Below, piece by piece: positions 61,778 through 64,000 of a stretch of DNA of 64,000 nucleotides. The notes under the pieces were generated by a model. It did no database searches and was not told where the DNA came from. It saw only the letters and a program-made list of their open reading frames with translations. Source of the DNA: Haliotis rubra (taxonomy: Eukaryota); NCBI RefSeq assembly GCF_003918875.1, contig NW_025767635.1:62001-126000 (forward strand), given 5' to 3'. The position numbers and the translations under genes were made by a program. The first letter of the stretch is position 1, and each line of letters begins with the position of its first letter.

Positions 61778-64000
61778 CTATATTGGTCTCATTGTCCTGA
61801 AGTTGTAGATGTCAGCATCTGGTTCACCTGCTGCCTTATTAGAGTAGTCTGTCTCACTGTGTTCCAGTGACGCCAGTGAGTCTATGACTCCCTCCTCTGT
61901 GTGATATTCGGGGGTATCGGTTACACCGTGCCGCTGTGACGCCAGTGAATCCAAGACCCTTTCTTGGCTGGAATCCTGGGAAATGTCAGCTGCACTGTGT
62001 CGCTGTGACGCCAGTGGTTCTGGTGATTGGCTCCTCGTCCTGTCATGGGGAGTGTCAGCTTCACTGTGCCGCTGTGGCTCCAGTGATTCTGCCACTAAAC
62101 CGTTGCTGATGTTGGCCCGGATTCTGGATACCCAATAAGGAATGTTGTTACTCTGGTACTGTTTCAACCTGTTGAAATGCATTATGTTCCGATTCTTCTG
62201 GTCCTTCACCTCATATAGTACTGGTCCTAACACCGCTGTAATCACATATGGACCCTTCCAAAGTGCCTGCAGTTTGGGAGATTTGCCTTTGGTCTTTGTT
62301 GAGTCTTTAACCAAAACAAGGTCTCCCAAGACAAATGCTCTATCTATGCTTCTTAAATCATGAATTTGCTTCTGCTTCCTCTGGTTTTCCTTAAGCTTTT
62401 TCCTGACAAGGTCATGATCGTTTTCCATTACCTCCTGCAGATGCTGAAGGTATGGCAAAGGCTTGTCTTTGTTTTTCTCCGGAGCACTCCTGTGGACCAA
62501 GGCTTCAGGCCCATACACTTCCCTCCCGAACATGAGCATATTGGGTGTGAGCCCAGTTGCTGTGTGAGGTGTGCTTCTGTAAGCTGATGTCAGAAATGGC
62601 AGATGCACGTCCCAGTCGCTTTGGTCCTGACTACAGTAGCACCGCAGCATTTGCAAAAGAGTCCGATTAAACCTTTCAACCAGTCCGTTTGAGGAAGGAT
62701 GATATGGAGTTGTTCTTGTCTTAGCCACATCAAGCAAAATGCACACACGCTTGAACAAGTTGCTATCAAAGTTCTTTCCTTGATCTGTATGTACTTCAAA
62801 TGGTTCTCCGTACCTAGTGACAAACTCTTTCACGAATGTCTTACAGACAATTTCAGCCTCTTGATTTGGAAGGGCAAATGCCTCGACCCACTTGGTAAAT
62901 TGGTCCATGATGACCAAGATGTACTTGTTTCCTCTTGCAGATATTGGAAATGGTCCAAGAATATCAAGCTGTAAACGATCTAAAGGTGACCCGCTTTGGT
63001 ACTCTTGTAAGGGAGCTTTGATTGTTTGATTTTCCCTTTTCATGACTTGACATGTGTTGCATCTCGCAACAAACGCCTCTACATCTGACGATAGACTATG
63101 CCAAAAGAACAGTTGTCGAACACGCTCCTTTGTTCTAGTCATACCTGGGTGGCCTGACAAAGGAGATTCATGACAAGACTTGAGCACCTCCTCCTTCATC
63201 TTTCTGGGAACTAAGAGCAACCACTTGGACTTTTCATGCGCGCTTTCCCATCGGTAGTAAAGAATGCCTTCTTTCCTTTCAATCTGGGATCTACATAGCC
63301 AGTAATGTTTAAGTGCTTGGCTCTCAAGTAGAAGATCCTCTTTCTTGGTTGGGGCTGCACTGTCCATCCATATGTGCACTGTGCCCAAGTCTGGGTCATT
63401 CCTCTGTGCCACTTCGAGTTCCTTGCAAGAATATCCACCTATCCATGAATTCTCGAATGGCTGTGTCTCAACAATTTTCTTGCTCACTCGTCTTGTTGCC
63501 AGCGGCACTACGTAGTCTACCTCAGTGTCAAACTGTTCCCAAGCTCCCGAGACTTTATCACAATGCTTACATCCTCCGCATGGAAGGGATTTCAAAGTTC
63601 CAGCTGAGTAGCACTCACATGTCAACATACTGGGGTTCCTTGATAAGGCATCAGCATTACCATGAGCTGTTCCCTCTCTGTGTTGCACCGTGAATGTGTA
63701 TTGGCTAAGCTCCTCCAACCATCTTGCAAGCTGTCCCTGTGGTGACTTGAATCTGAACAACCATGTTAGGCTATTGTGGTCTGTCCTGACTGTAAATTTC
63801 CTCCCTAGCAGGTAATACTTGAAGTAGTTTGTGAAGTAGACGATGGCCAAAAGCTCTCTTCTGATGATACAGTATCTCTCCTGCTCTTTAGTCAGTTTCT
63901 TGCTACCATAAGCCAGTACTCTCTCAGTTTGATTTTGGTCTTGCTGTAGCACTGCGCCAATGCCATAGTTGGAAGCATCAGTGTCCAAGATAAGCTCACC
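61778..64000 (-). CDS. Gypsy Pol (RNase H + integrase), 5'-partial
   Basis: ILDTDAS, RELLAIV, TDHNSL, HGNADALSR, the HHCC zinc-binding motif, LDILGP, TDQGKNF, SNGLVERFNR and WKGPY; frame is open to the window edge. Confidence 0.93.
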   Translation of the reverse strand, partial: GELILDTDASNYGIGAVLQQDQNQTERVLAYGSKKLTKEQERYCIIRRELLAIVYFTNYFKYYLLGRKFTVRTDHNSLTWLFRFKSPQGQLARWLEELSQYTFTVQHREGTAHGNADALSRNPSMLTCECYSAGTLKSLPCGGCKHCDKVSGAWEQFDTEVDYVVPLATRRVSKKIVETQPFENSWIGGYSCKELEVAQRNDPDLGTVHIWMDSAAPTKKEDLLLESQALKHYWLCRSQIERKEGILYYRWESAHEKSKWLLLVPRKMKEEVLKSCHESPLSGHPGMTRTKERVRQLFFWHSLSSDVEAFVARCNTCQVMKRENQTIKAPLQEYQSGSPLDRLQLDILGPFPISARGNKYILVIMDQFTKWVEAFALPNQEAEIVCKTFVKEFVTRYGEPFEVHTDQGKNFDSNLFKRVCILLDVAKTRTTPYHPSSNGLVERFNRTLLQMLRCYCSQDQSDWDVHLPFLTSAYRSTPHTATGLTPNMLMFGREVYGPEALVHRSAPEKNKDKPLPYLQHLQEVMENDHDLVRKKLKENQRKQKQIHDLRSIDRAFVLGDLVLVKDSTKTKGKSPKLQALWKGPYVITAVLGPVLYEVKDQKNRNIMHFNRLKQYQSNNIPYWVSRIRANISNGLVAESLEPQRHSEADTPHDRTRSQSPEPLASQRHSAADISQDSSQERVLDSLASQRHGVTDTPEYHTEEGVIDSLASLEHSETDYSNKAAGEPDADIYNFRTMRPI

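Larger units (their letters stand above)
61449..64000 (-). mobile_element. Ty3/Gypsy LTR retrotransposon, 3' part, continuing beyond the window
   Basis: Open RNase H-integrase frame, polypurine tract and 3' LTR. Confidence 0.95.

Overview
This is eukaryotic (animal) genomic DNA, not prokaryotic. The repeat families (tRNA-headed SINEs, Helentron-associated HINEs, Kolobok, pogo, Penelope, CR1, Gypsy) point to a mollusc, possibly a gastropod such as abalone; this assignment is inferred. The only host gene I can support is a partial ankyrin-repeat gene on the + strand, closely resembling ANKRD29. It has four phase-0 GT-AG exons of 99, 99, 198 and 99 bp at 48214-56489; its first and last exons were not found. 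The rest is a layered mobile-element and repeat landscape. It holds a near-intact DD34E Tc1 element, a frameshifted DD35D pogo inside a HINE, a Kolobok-type element with a nested SINE, and several MITEs with exact target-site duplications (TSDs). It also holds three SINE families, a Penelope-like inverted end, a degenerate Gypsy with an internal inversion, and a younger Gypsy inserted into a CR1 LINE. About 26 different minisatellite or low-complexity arrays cover roughly 45% of the window and roughly 75% of 31.5-60.2 kb (hand estimates). Most long ORFs in the track are artefacts of these arrays. The main leads are a compact pseudoknot at the exact 5' end of a retroposon lacking a tRNA head (candidate ribozyme, 20368-20439), tail-matched SINE target sites, an inverted RNase H segment in the old Gypsy, and related series of minisatellites filling the ANKRD29-like introns.
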